64,000 bases of DNA from the human T2T-CHM13v2.0 reference genome, Homo sapiens, in NCBI RefSeq assembly GCF_009914755.1, contig NC_060937.1. One strand, written 5' to 3'. Every line of letters begins with the position of its first letter. Within the stretch, counting starts at the first letter, position 1. Under the pieces are notes generated by a model, which saw only the letters and a program-made list of their open reading frames with translations, did not search any database and had not been told where the DNA came from. Below, piece by piece: positions 1 to 16,050 of the stretch. The translations under genes were made by a program, and so were the position numbers.

Positions 1-2457
1 GCTTTTAGTCTCAGTGCATCTCTTGCTGCAGTTTCCATAAGCACAGCGGCTCACAAGCTGTTCTAAAATGTGCACCCTTCTTCATTCCAAATCTTGCCCT
101 GTTCACTTCGGATGTGCATTTTTAGAGCAATCCTTTGGTGAAGCCAATAGTTAACAATTCCTCAGCTGCCAATAATCAGGACAGTTCTGTAAACCATCTT
201 CTATGAAGTGGCAGATTTATATTTGAACGCTGAATCCTTTAGTATAGACAATAACAGAGGAGCTAAAATGCCATCGAGAATTATGGCTTGGATGTGGCAG
301 ATGTGCAGTAAACAGATTGGCTTTTGTATAAACAGTGTGTCTCATTACAGGGGCAAACTCAGGATTAAGAAAGACAGGCAGGAACTGGGGGTACCTCCTC
401 TTAGCCCAAAATACCCCCAAAATGGTGCAATACATCTTTTCTTTCCAATGGAATCTGTAAGATTACAAACTTATTCCAGTGTTGTTTAAAAATAACTATT
501 CTCTATTCCTATTTGTGTTTTTCAGACCCCTGTAAAATTGTTGTAGGCCCATGCAGGCTCGACTCTATTCACCCTGTTGATTAGGCTCCTTTGAAAGAGA
601 GGAGTTGATGAGGTAGAGAGCTGAGATATGATTTTGTTGACTTTCTAGCTAAAGTTTCTTAGGAACAAGTGGGGCTTTTGCCAGCTGTGATCTACCCAGG
701 AGAAGGCAGGACAAAAAATATCTGAAGCACAGGAAGCTTTCTCTGACTAAACACTCCAAACAGGGAACAGGGTTGCCTTCCCCAGCAGCAGATTCCTGCA
801 AGGAGCTCAGCTTATTCTCTTAATTAGGGATAATTTGTACGTAGGCTTGGGAAGAGGCATGTCAAAGCCTTTGACAAGTCATTTTCAGGATTCCCATGTT
901 AGAGGCAGAGTAAAGGAGGCACCAAAAGGTCAAGCGATTTGCCTAAGGTCATGGATGAAGTATATCTTTTCATCCGTGTTTTCACAGCACCTGGAACTGC
1001 AGGAACAATGATGTGTTCCCACAGAGCTAGGAGAAGGAGGAGAGGGTAAAAGGAAGAGACTGGTGGACACATTGCTAAGACCAGAGATAAAATAGCCAGG
1101 GCAGCTTGATACCAGAAAAAAGAGGTCCACATACAACCTGCTTTTAAGTGGGCAGTGACTGACTAGTAACCAACCATGTTTACTCAGAGAAAGGAAATAA
1201 CAGAATATTCACTGAATTATTCAATATATGTTTTACCAAATGACTGCTATGTAAATGGCATTGAACTAGGCATCTTGTGGAGAAGTGCAAAAAAAATATT
1301 AAATTGGTCTTCTAGGAGCTTTCCACATAAGTGGGAAAACAAGGCATATAAGCATAACCAAATAAGTGTATAGCACCCAACCATGAAGCCCCACTGCTGA
1401 GTGTAATTACTGGGGCATAGTAGATGCTCAATAAATGTTCCCTGAATTAATAGTTATTCACTCACTACCAAGCTTGAAATTAAACTCTGCCAAGGTATTT
1501 TTGTGTTTGATTTGATTGCCTAAAGTTTATATAGGCAGGTTTTAAGGAGAGGTAAAACTGACTTTTAGAGTAAGTTTTAAACACTTTTTTTACCTTTAAT
1601 TTTCAAATAATTTCTGAGATTCAAAAAAGTTGCAAATACACTAAGACAATTCCTATATATCTGTCATCTTCAGATGTTAATATCTTACATAACCACAGAA
1701 CTATTATCAAAGCGAGGAAATGAACATTGTTACAATACTATTAACCTATCCACAGATCTTTTTCAAATTCTACCAGTTGTCCCATGAATAAGATACAATT
1801 CAGGATCACACGTGGCAATTAGTCAGTTAGTAGTCACACTGTCACACTTTCTTACCCCTTTGCAGTCTGGTTCAGGCTTTCCTTTTCTTTCTTGTCCTTG
1901 ATACTTTGAGGACTGGCCTGCTATTTTGTAGAATGCCCCTCAATTTAGATTTGTCTGATGTATCCTTTTAAATAAGTGTGTGTCTTTTTTGGCAAGAATG
2001 CCACAGAAGTGATGTTGTACCCTTCTCAGTACATCATATCAGGAGGCACATGATATCACTATGTCTCATAACAAGGTACAGTGGTATCTGCCAGGTTTCT
2101 CCACTAAAAAGTTACTATTTTTCCCTTGTAATTAGTAAGTTTCCTATGGGGATATTCTTTGAGACTATTCAAATATCCTGTTTCCTATTTTACTTTCACC
2201 CACTAATTTATCATCCACCTATATGATTCTTGAATGCAACAATTATTATGGTGTTTGTCAATGGTAATTTTCTATTTCCTCCCACATTCATTAATCAGAA
2301 TTCTGCTGTAAAAAAAAAAAAGCTTTCTCTCACCCCATTTATTGAATGATTTTTAAAGAGTGGGATTTATGAAGGCACGGTGCATGGGGAGGAGAGAGTG
2401 AGCACCATGAGAGTCATGATGACAAGGTTGTTTGGGTGCAACAAAGAAAAGAGACAG

Positions 2458-3020
<563 letters not shown>

Positions 3021-6000
3021 CTAGTACAAGGTACTTGAGGACAGGTGGAACTGGAGAAGAATGAGTTAGTTCATAAAAGGAGGAAAGGATTATTCTTGTA
3101 GCCCAATGACAATTTGTGCAAGAAGAATGGTGCCTGGTGGTGACTAGACAGGTGGAAAATGCTGAGGATTTTGTGGGAAAATACAAAGAATACCCCTTGA
3201 GTTAGAATTTGCTCAACCTGGTAAAGCACCCATGAGATGTTCTGGAATCTGAGAAATGAAGGAGAGTCAGCAGAGTGTTGGCAGGCAGGGCCTTCCTAAA
3301 ATCAATCTTGGGGGACATTGACTATTTCTTGATGCTTCCTGAGCCAGAGTGAACCATGGTGTCATGACCAGGTAACGTTGGGTAGGCCAAAACTACTCCT
3401 GAGAGCGTTTAGTGATTTACCTAACTTTCTGCACTATTGTAAAAGAAGAAAGAAAATGTCCAGGTCTACTGCAATATGCTGCTTCCCCGACCCCACTGTC
3501 CTAATGAGCCTAGCACCTGGGCATCTACTGTGTGTGCAATCATCCCTGCAGTGAGCAGGGAACATGGTGAGTTGGAGGCTGATTCTCATTTAATCTTCTC
3601 CTCTGGCCTCTCCCCAGAAATCTGGTTTGATCAGCCCTTGTGTCTCTCTCCCAGTATCTTGGCAGGGCCAGTCCTAGTTCCCCATGAAAATATTTTTGAA
3701 ATAATGGCTTGCGGGACAAAGTGAAACCACTTTCTGTTCTTTCTTTGGTTGATGAGGGTAGTGATCACTTCATTAAATCCCTGTCCTGAGCCTTGGAATG
3801 TCACCAGAGCATTAGCCCGTTTTCACCTTGAGCTAATGGGCAGTGGTGGCCTGAAGTGGCATCTCTCTCCTTTCTCTAATCCTTAATCAAGGGCTGTCCC
3901 TAATGAAGTGGCCGTAGAAGAACAGGTCTCTCAAACTGGCATCCTAGCAGCAGTGAGATCACCAGAGAAAACCTCCCAGAATCTTCAGTCATCAGCTCTG
4001 GGGGTACCAGGGTACTGGCCTGAGACCTGAAGCAGAAGAGAGAAACAGCTGCCTGACCACTGTACAGAGATTGAATTTTCTCTTCCAGAGATTGAATTTT
4101 CACTTTCTTACTGAGGGAAGGTACAATGCTATTGGTGAGCAACTAGTTTCCAGATTCAGCCCTACCTGTGTTCAAATCACAGCTCCACCATGGTGACCTC
4201 AGACAAGTCATGTATTCTACACCCCTTTTTTCCCAACAACAAAACAGCACTTGGGTAGCACTCGATGAATGGTGGGAATGACCAATATTATTGGTGAAAC
4301 CGGACATTCCATGACAGTGTTTCGATGCTCCTTGGAGTATAGTCCAGTAATCTGTTTTCTTTTCTCATGATTACTCATCTTACCTTCTTGTACTACTGAA
4401 ATTGACTTTAATTCTGTTATTCTCAGGAAATCGGATAATGTCTCTTAGCAAGAATATTAGGCATATAGGTACAGATTATTAAGATGACATCTATTTAAAA
4501 TGTCACAATAGTGTATTTAGGTATTAGCAAATAAAAACCAAACTTCAACAAGCCAAAACCACTCACAACAGGCAAGTGAAACTGTGCTTGACTGCTGTTT
4601 CTCATTATACTCATTTGACCCTTGCCTAATTCAACCGGTGTCTTGGTGAATCATTCTGGAGGGCCACACTACAATATGTACTTTGTTCCTTTATTCTTAC
4701 AAATGCAGTTTAGTTTTAACTGTTTGTGATAGTTCTTAATAGCATATATTATCTAAATAATGATGACCTAGTATGATGAGACCTTACTGAAGATCATTGT
4801 TAAGTCTTGCTGAGAAGTAGGATATGACTGCCAAACTTTTTATAAGACTTGTAGAGTTATGCGGCTAAAAGTAAGGTGTGCCAAGACTCAGTAGTTCAAG
4901 ACAAATATGTAAGACTGTTAGAGACGGTGGATACTGGAGGAAGATGTGAGGAAAGAAGTCAGTGGACTGAAAGTGTTGTTGAGGGCACCAGTGCTAAGAA
5001 TCTCACAGAATTTTCGTGAAAAGAAGCACTTGCATTAATCATGTACTGTGATTCCCTTAAACTAAGGGTAAAAGTTTTGTCTAACCCAAATATATGCCTC
5101 AACTGAAGGAGTGTGTGTGTTTATGGTTATTCTAATTACACATGGATGATCAGAGCAAAAACAGAAGGTGTAAGGACTGCTCCTAAGAACCTTCACCAAT
5201 AAGCAAGACTCGAAAAAGCCCAAGCATGTACGGAGTTTGGAACCTTGCCCTGAATATTTTTCAGGATTCGATTGAAATATCCTCCTTGACAGCGGGTTTC
5301 TCTTACAGCCTAGAGAAGGAATTTATTGGCTTGGTTAATAGGGCAGTTAATATCCAGAATGGCTCTGGGTGAAGAATGAGATATGCTCATCTCTTGAGTT
5401 TCTCCCTAAAAAATAATTTGTGGTGAGGTACTCTTGCTCGGCTTCTGAACATGTGCCCACTAAGCCCTTGGAGAGTAATAACTTAGGCCAGGCAGGTTGA
5501 AAACAATATTGTTTTCACTATTTTATTACATGTGAATGTCCTGGTGGGTGGCAGAGTGATTAAAACTTTCTATGGTCTAATTTATTTTCATAGCCATTTG
5601 CAAGGCTGCTCTGGCATCTCTACATTCCTTATAATTTGGGCGTTTATTCCATACTTTACAAGGCACTTGAGTAATATGAGATCAAACTTAAAAGTGGTAT
5701 TGTATATATAGAAACTCTATTAATAAAAATTACTAAGTAGTGCTATTTGTTTATAGTAAAAGGAAACCAGCTTATAAGCAAGACGGAAGATTCCTCTGTG
5801 CATAATGACTTAATTAGCAATTTAGAGGTTAGTTTTTCTTGTTTAGGTATCTGAGTGACTGATTTCTACCAAATTCACTGGGCAAACCTCTCTCAATTAG
5901 TAATCTGTCCTCCACTGCCCCAACTCAGGTATTTTTGATTTGGACACATAAGTCTCTATATAAGTTTTGTAAAACCTATGTTAAGATAGGTTTTCAAATC

Positions 6001-6104
6001 ACTGTCCTATAGAATGTTGATCTGGTCAATGCAAGCACCGTGTTGACAGTGACGACTGTATTGCAGCTATATCTCTCACCCCTTTGATAAAACAAGTGGA
6101 TTAA

Positions 6105-6458
<354 letters not shown>

Positions 6459-8026
6459 CTGTGCAAACCTCTTAAAGCTTCATGTTCTATCAAATAACGT
6501 TTACTATTCCTCTCAAATACTGAACCTGGTAAAATAACTGGAATCTAGAGTGATCTCTTCATTTGACACGATTCACAAGCAATCAGCATTGCCATCCTTC
6601 CAATCTCATCACCTTTGCAAAAACTAAATGCACAAGTAATGCTGAGTGGACACTACCACAGCCAGTGGGGTGACTAGGAACAGATACAACCTGGGTTTGA
6701 AGTCCAGAGCCATTTATTTAGTGCACAATTGTTAAGTCCTCCTTGCAAAAGATTTAAAACAAACTGGTTCTCAAAGTGTGGTGCTCAAACTAGCAGCATC
6801 AGAACCACGTTAGAAATGCAAAATGCATGTCCCATCCTGGATCTACAGACTACAGAGCCCCTGGGATTGGGGCTCCACAGCCTCTGTGTGATTCTGGTTC
6901 ACACTGAAGTCAAACTACTGATTTAGAGGAATATTTCCCCATAAGGTGCTAGAAGTAAATCTGTTCCTCGTTTGGACCTTTTCTAATGGCTTCTCTTGTT
7001 AGGGAGTATTTTGTCACTAAGATTTCTTTTTAATAGCAAACTAACCCTGTGTCCAAAAGCTAAGACCCTAGGATTAAAAAAAATTCACGTGAGATTTTGT
7101 CCACTTCTACGTGTTTTCTTAATACGCAGCTTATTGTACCCAATTCAAATTTATAATGAATTCATCTTGGCCAATTCCCATTTCTAGACTTTAAACACTT
7201 TCCAGAGAAATGTTGACCTAACCCATTGTTTTTTCTTCACAGATAATTAAACATTCACCCATTAATTCTGTGACTAAGCCAACTCATTTTCCATCCTCAA
7301 TGGAAATTTAAAAAACAAAATTTAATTAAAGAAATAAATGGCAGAAAAATGTCACAGACCACATACATATTATATACTAACAGTCTAAGAATCAGAAAAA
7401 TTTATCTAGGATCTTTCATGGAATTTCTCATCATCCTGTCAGTTTTACATGTTTATGTGTAACATACAAAACCAAACATTTAGTTATTATACAGCTCAGT
7501 CTCGATGAGAGGTTATTTGAAGAAACACAGAACCTCATCAATGAGATCAGTAATCCCATTTCCTAGATGAGAAAAATTAAGGCACTCTAAGGTTCCTTGG
7601 ACATAAACATTAGCCAAAATTCTCCCTTGGTTAACTCCAAATGAAAATCCCTTTAAGCCATATTTCTAACTCATGTACATGTGTACATCAGATAAATTAT
7701 AAGAGACTCTATCTCTAATGTTTATGAAAAACTTCAGATTATTCATGTGCATGGTTTGAGATTTGAATGTAATCATTATTACTTATCAGTATTTATTAAG
7801 CAGCTAGACAGGACAAAACACTGACCTTTAGTTTATGGGAGTGACGAAAGAAGCAAAAGTTTTGATCTGTGGTCTGAAGAGTCTAGAGGAAATGGGGGCA
7901 AATGTAAATGAAATCTATATATAAAATATACATGCGACCTGTATACACACAAGTGATAATGCAAATAAGCATAGATGCATAGACTTGAGTGGCAGAGAGA
8001 GACAGTGCTCACCAATATTCTATTTC

Positions 8027-8573
8027 TGTGATGGTTAATATTGAGTGTCAACTTGATTGGACTGAAGGATGCAAAGTATTGTTCCTGGGTGCATCTGTGA
8101 GGGTGTTGCCAAAGGAGATCAACATTTGAGTCAGTGGACGGGAAGAGGCAGACCCACCCTCAGTCTGGGTGGGCACCATCTAATCAGCTGCCAGCTCGTC
8201 TGAAATAAAGCAGGCAGGAGAAAATGGAAGAGCAGGCTTGCTGAGTCTTCCTGCCTTCATCTTTCTCCCATACTGAATAATTCCTGCTCTTGAACATCAG
8301 GCTCCAAGTTCTTTAGGTTTTGGACTCTTGGGCCTACACCAGCGGTTTGCCAGGGGCTTTCAGGCCTTCAGCCACTGACAGAAAGCTGCACTGTCAATTT
8401 TCCTACTTTTGAGATTTGGGGACTTTGACGGGCTTCCTTCTCCTCAGCTTGCAGATGGCCTATTGTGGGACTTCATCTTGTGATCATGTGAGTCAATATT
8501 CCTTAATAAACTCCCCTTTATATATACATCTATCCTATCAGTGCTGTCCCTCTAGAGAACCCTGACTAATACA
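8027..8573 (+). mobile_element. MLT2A-type (ERVL) solo LTR nested in an older MLT1 fragment (~7990-8870)
   Basis: Starts TGTGATGGTTAATATTGAGTGTCAACTTGATTGG, ends GAGAACCCTGACTAATACA, internal AATAAA. Confidence 0.85.
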
Positions 8574-10590
8574 ATGTCCTTCCCACATTCTCCAGGATTC
8601 CTTGCAGTTACACTGGCCACGTGATTGATTCTGAGTAGCTGTGGGCACGGACCAAGGCAGCTGAGATACAGGGTGGCTTCTCTATCTCCCTTTCCCTGTG
8701 CTTTGGTAGCTTTGGAGGCCACATATTACATGTGGTATATTTGCAAAATGGAGGGGAGCTGCCCAACCCACCTAGGACTTGATTTGAGAGATAAATGAAA
8801 CATTATTGTATTAAATCTGTGAGATGTGGGGATCTGTCTATTGCAGCACCTGGTGTTAATTACCTTGGCTAATTCAACCTGGAAGTGAGATGCAGTGCTG
8901 CACATTTGTGCTTACCTTCCAGTTCACACATCCCTCATTAGGAATGCCCTCCACCTCCTCCCTTGTTCATGTAACTGAATCCTAATCTTTTAGGACCTAA
9001 GGCAAATGCCAAGTCATTCATTCATTTATTCATTCATTCATTCAGCAAATATTTTTGCACATCTAGTATGTGTCAGGTATGCATTCATTCTTAAGAATTC
9101 AACTAAGACACACAGACTTATGCCGATTTCACAGAGCTTACACTGCAGCAGGGAAGAAGGAAAATCTAACAAGTAATTCTAATTCAGGCCCCAAGAAGTA
9201 ATTTCTTTCTTCCCTGAGCTTTGGCAGGCAGTCTGACACACCCAACACGTTCTAACCCTGTTACTATTATTGTTTGTGGGCATTGTCTCTTTCCCACCAA
9301 GTGGTGAACTCTTTAATGGTAGGGATTTTATCTTCGTTTTCTAAGACTCATCCACAGCTTTTTGTACACAATTACTGATGATATATATGGAGGGATATGT
9401 TACATGTATGAAAGCAATTGCTAGAATTATTTCTGAGAATTAAAATTAGTTGGGGGTATATCAAAGAAGGCTTTATGGTGACTTTTATGACGGTGCTCTA
9501 ACAATTCATAATTAAGTATTTTTCTCTTGTGTACTTGGCACATAGGAAGCACTCTATAAATATGTTGAATGGATAGACTGAATGAATGGGCTTCCCTGCT
9601 TTCTTATTGATTGATAGCTCTCCTGAGTGAATGAATTTCTACCGTAAGGTAACTTCAGTAATTGAATGAGGAGACATGCCATGCATTTTTGTGGCAAATA
9701 GAGACATTTCCAAGTCCATAGAACAGCAGGAATATTTGACTTTTTTTTCAACATCTTGAAAAATCAATAGGTTTATATTGTTTCTGGCCATTTAAAGCAA
9801 CTCAAATGTAATTTTCTTTATAAATTTGAACTCATTTGGCAAAGTTAAAAGGGATCCGGTTTAAAGTTAGTGAACTTATATAAAGTATAAATGGAGGTCT
9901 TCTTAAGATTCTGCTAACTTAAAAATCTTTTCCTAGATTGAAAGAATGTGTTGACTTTCATAGTGATTTAATAAGTTCAATTTTCCAAAGCTTCTATCTT
10001 TCATAAAGAGTAAACTAAAAACTAAAAGAGAATGAGATTGTTGTATTTTTACACTAAATTTAATTCCATTTCAGTTTACTAAAATGCTTTACTAAAATGA
10101 TAAAACAATGGGAAAAAATGTATTTTTACTTTGATTTTTTCCCACCACCTCTTAATTTCTGTTGAGGACCACCAAAGACATGCCATCATTTGGTATATTT
10201 TCTTATTCTGTTTTGTCATTGTTGTTTTAACCATGCTGTGATATTCTACATGAAATTTCTAACCATTAGGTAGTATCACATGGGGTATTGGTTAAATAGC
10301 CATTTGCATATATTGATTTATATTCCTAACACTAATGTTTTTGCTTTTGAAGCATTATTTACCCTGGATCTTAAATTTCTGTAAGTAGTGATTACGCTAC
10401 TAAGATTGGATTTGTTCTTATATAGAGATTACCCTTATTCTCTAATAACACTATTTAATAAATATCAAATAGAAACTGCTGTTTAAAAAATAAATAAAAA
10501 GCTCAGATGAAGCAGAAAGTATAACCTGGCAAGATGAAGCAAATGTAAGTTAAAGAGATAATTAAAGAGAAATAAAAGAGAATACAAAGA

Positions 10591-11953
<1,363 letters not shown>

Positions 11954-12159
11954 CTACACCTTTTAATTAATGGAGTTGTTTATCAGGCTTCCAATATCCA
12001 GGCAGGAGTCTCTTCTATTCTTTTTGGAGGCGTACTATCTTGCAAATTTAGTGTTAAGTGTGGAATGAACCCAGTGATCTCCACGTAATTCATAGGAGCC
12101 CTCCTAAGCCTAAAGATTCAGTTTAATTGAAGATGTTAATAAGATGTATATTTTGCCAG

Positions 12160-12307
12160 TGTCGGGCTCTGTCACCCAGACAGGAGGGCTGGAGTGCAGT
12201 GGTGTGATCACAGCTCACTGCAGCCTCAATCTCCTGGGCTCCAGCAATCCTCTCACCTTAGCCTCCCAAAACAAACAGCTGGGACTACAGGTGCATGCAC
12301 TACATCC

Positions 12308-12344
<37 letters not shown>

Positions 12345-12458
12345 GACAGGGTCTTGCTATGTTGTTCAGGCTGGTCTCAAACTCCTAGCCTCAAGCAATC
12401 TGCCCGCCTCAGCCTCCCAAAGTGCTGAGATTATAAGCAAGAGCCACCACACCTGGCC
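12160..12458 (-). mobile_element. AluJ
   Basis: Diverged antisense Alu with an expanded middle T tract. Confidence 0.88.
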
Positions 12459-12762
12459 AACCTGGTCTTTGATGTTGCTTGATCTTTTCACAGAACTTGC
12501 TGTCTTGACTTTGGCCGTTTTCAACGGTGTGACATGGAATGAATTAAAACTATCTTGGGTGAATGTGCAGGAAACAAGTCAGATCTTTCTAAACACTTAC
12601 TTCTATAAATACAGGAATTAAATTGTTTTCCTCCTGAAGAGGTCTACTGAAAGAGGCTCAATTTAATTCAGATTATTTCTATTCAAATCAATATAAAATA
12701 ACTTTTGGCCGGGCGCAGTGGCTTATGCCTGTAATCTCAGCACTCTGGGAGGCCAAGGCAGG

Positions 12763-13009
12763 TAGATGTGCTGAGAGAGGGCAGTCCTCTCCTGTATGAA
12801 TGATTGAGTCCCAGAAACTTTGAATGGAGGCTTGCCAAGAGATTCCGCACTGTAACTCTGTCCATTCCGCACTGTAACTCTGTCCTCAAATGCCCACCAG
12901 GTAGAGGGTGTGGCCTGGAAAAACGTTTGCACATAATCATTTTCCATTCAGTCATCATAATAAGTACAGTTCCCACAGTTGGTTGATTAGGGTTGTTTGG
13001 GCCACTGCA
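12763..13009 (+). repeat. Local duplicate of 18157-18388
   Basis: Direct alignment by eye: ~12 substitutions, one 7-bp indel and a 22-bp tandem duplication. Confidence 0.95.
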
Positions 13010-13192
13010 AAAGGGTTCTGCTTCTGCCTGAAAATGATCCCTAAGCTTCCTTTCTGGTCTTCCCCTTCTGTCCTGATCATGAAGCAAGCTAGCAGTCATG
13101 GAACACTTTATGAGTTTCCTAAGGGTACTGTAACAATTGATCATGAATCTGATGGCTTGAAACAACGGAAATTTATTCTCTCACATTTCTGG
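13008..13192 (+). repeat. Local duplicate of 15522-15704
   Basis: Direct alignment by eye: ~9 substitutions and one 2-bp indel. Confidence 0.95.
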
Positions 13193-13220
13193 CCAACATG
13201 GCGAAACCCCATCTCTGCTA

Positions 13221-13457
<237 letters not shown>

Positions 13458-14663
13458 TCATTAAAAGCCTAGATGGCCAAATCAGGCACTTCAGTTTAGT
13501 AGATCATAGAATCCCAGACTTTAAAAGCTGGAAGGAACAGTAAACAGCTAACTAGATCTGTGATTTATAGGTGAGTAAGCAGAGGCCATAGTTAAGCAAT
13601 GACACATGTTAAAAGTCAACAGCTAGTAAGTCAGCTTGAACCAAAATCTCAGGCCCACACCAAGTCCAGGGATCTTTCCATAGGTCAGTCCTCCTTTTAT
13701 ATCTTGAGTAAAATCTGTCTTGTGTGAAGTCACCCTTCTAACTGTGTTTTAAACTCTCTGCTAATAGGGCCATGATTAACAATGACATATCCACTCAATG
13801 GAGTATTACGCAGCCATTAAAGATAATATTTATGAAGCTTGTGTAATAACATAGAAGAGTGGCCAGGGAGTAATAATACGGGAAGAAGCAGGAAATAAAG
13901 CTGCATGTATAGCTTAATGGCAATGCTATTAAAAGCCTTTACATAGAAACAAAAAGTGGAAAAAAATTAGAAAGTTATTTGCACTTATATTTGAATGGTG
14001 AGGCTAGCAAAAATTGTTTCCCCTATTCCTACTCTCCAATATTTTAAAACCTTTAGAGATATACACACTTTTAAGGTGGAAAAGTGAAAACAACTCTTCT
14101 GCCATATTCAAAGATAGTTAAGCCAAAGCCCTTTTGCTATGGGTCTGAAGATGTTTCTAGAGCAGAATAAACACTCAAAAACAGAGACGAGCAAACCATC
14201 CACTGGAGGAGTTGGAGTGAGGGCACGAGTGGTGCTCTCCTGAGCTTTCTTTTGCAGGGAGACTGGGAGGGTATGAAGTAGTCGGGTCATTGGAGGCAGG
14301 AGGGCTTTCTCCACCCAGTGTTCAGTCTGAGCCATGGAAAAGAAGAGTGATTAAAAGGCACAACAGAGAGAAGCTCTCCCTAACACCAACCAACAAAGAT
14401 CCTCTCCCAGCACCAGGGAGCAGACTTGAGCAACAAGCTCACTTGTGCGTGCACAGTACAAGAAGGCTCCTGACCCTAAGAAATGAAAGAGCCTAATTAA
14501 AATGGGGAAACCCTATGCTTCACTGCACCACTCAGCTACTCATTTAAATCACTATTATGAAATATGTATGAACTCTCACTATTTCTCTGCAAATGCTGAT
14601 CTAGAACACCTTTCCTGGATCACCCCTTTCAGTAAATACAGCATATTCCCACTAGAATCTACC

Positions 14664-15370
14664 TTAACAACTATGTTGAGGCATAAATGAAATAAACTGC
14701 ACATATTTAAAATAAGCATTTTGAAACATGCATTTTGAAGTTTTGATTTGTTTATACACCCATGAAACCACAGCCACTATTAAGATACCAACATTTTCAT
14801 CATTCCCAGTTTCCTTGTGCCCTTTCCCTTCAACTCTGTCTAAACCCTTCCACCACCCCCAGGCAACCATTCATCTGCTTTCTGTCACTATAGATTCTTT
14901 TTCATTTTCTAAATATGTATACAAGTGGAATTACATAGTATGTATTCTATGTCTGGTTTCTTTAACTCAGAATAATGGCTTTGATATTCATTCAAGTTGT
15001 TAAGGGTATCAGTTGGTGGTTTCTTCTGATTGATCATCAGCATTCCGTTGATCAGTATTCCATTGATCCATTAATTAATGATCTATAATATTTTGAAGGT
15101 ATTACAAATTAAGCTGCTGTAACAATTCATTACAAGTCTTTGTGTGGACAAATGTTTTTATTTATCTTGGGTAAATAGCTAGGAGTGGAATAGCTGAGTT
15201 CCATACCTGTTAGGTGTATGTTTAACTTTTTAACTAAATACCAAACTGTTTTCCATTTTACATAGTCACAGGAGTGGTTGAGAGTTCCGGTTGCTCCACA
15301 TCCCTGCCGTCACTGGGTATATTCAGTCTTTAGCCACTCTGGAGGGGTACCTATGGATATTTTATTGTGG
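14664..15370 (-). mobile_element. Old L1 (L1MB/ME) 3' fragment
   Basis: ccccaggcaaccattcatctgctttctgtcactatagat...tcttgggtaaatagctaggagtggaat. Confidence 0.7.
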
Positions 15371-15619
15371 ATCACACTTCTACATCCCATCCCAGTCTCT
15401 CTATAACAGAAAGCCCAGAGGAAGCCTTCTAGCACCCCCACTCCAACTTCTTGAGTGGACGGTTTGCTCTTCTCTGTGTTTGAGTGTTCATTCCGCTGCA
15501 GACACATCTTTAGACCCACCACAAAAGGGCTCTGCTTCTGCCTGAAAATGATCCCTAAGCTTCCTTTCTGGGCTTCCTCTTCTGTCTTGATCATGAAGCA
15601 CGCTAGCAGTCATGGAACA

Positions 15620-16050
15620 CTTTGAGTTTCCTAAGGCTGCTGTAACAATTGATCATGAATCTGATGGCTTGAAACAATGGAAATGTATTCTCTCACATTT
15701 CTGGATTTCAAAAGTATGAGATCAAGGGGTCAGCAGGGTTGGTTCCTTCTGGAGGAGAATCTGCCATGCCTTTTCTAGATTCTGGTGTTCCATGGCTTGT
15801 GGATACATCACTCCAATCTTGCCTCTGTCTTCTCAGAGGCTTCTTCTGTGTGTCTGTGTCAAATCTCTCTCTGCCTCTCTTATAAGGACACTCGTCATTG
15901 GATTTAGGGTCTACCATATAATCCAGGATTACCTCGTTTTCTCAAGATCTTTAATCACATCTGCAAAGACCCTTTTTCCAGATAAGGTAACATTCACAGA
16001 TTCCAGGAATTTGACACGGATATCTTTTGGAGGGTCATTTTCAACCTACT
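15620..16050 (-). mobile_element. MLT1 (MaLR) LTR
   Basis: gtttcctaaggctgctgtaacaa...ggcttgaaacaa...tcttataaggacac...catctgcaaagaccctttttcc. Confidence 0.8.

Noticed and set aside
12763-13192. Insert as a retrocopied spliced or circular RNA (donor A starts just after an acceptor-like tttctcctctag at 18159)
   Set aside because: The internal A/B junction has no GT-AG pair on either strand, there is no poly(A) tail or own TSD, and all junctions show microhomology.
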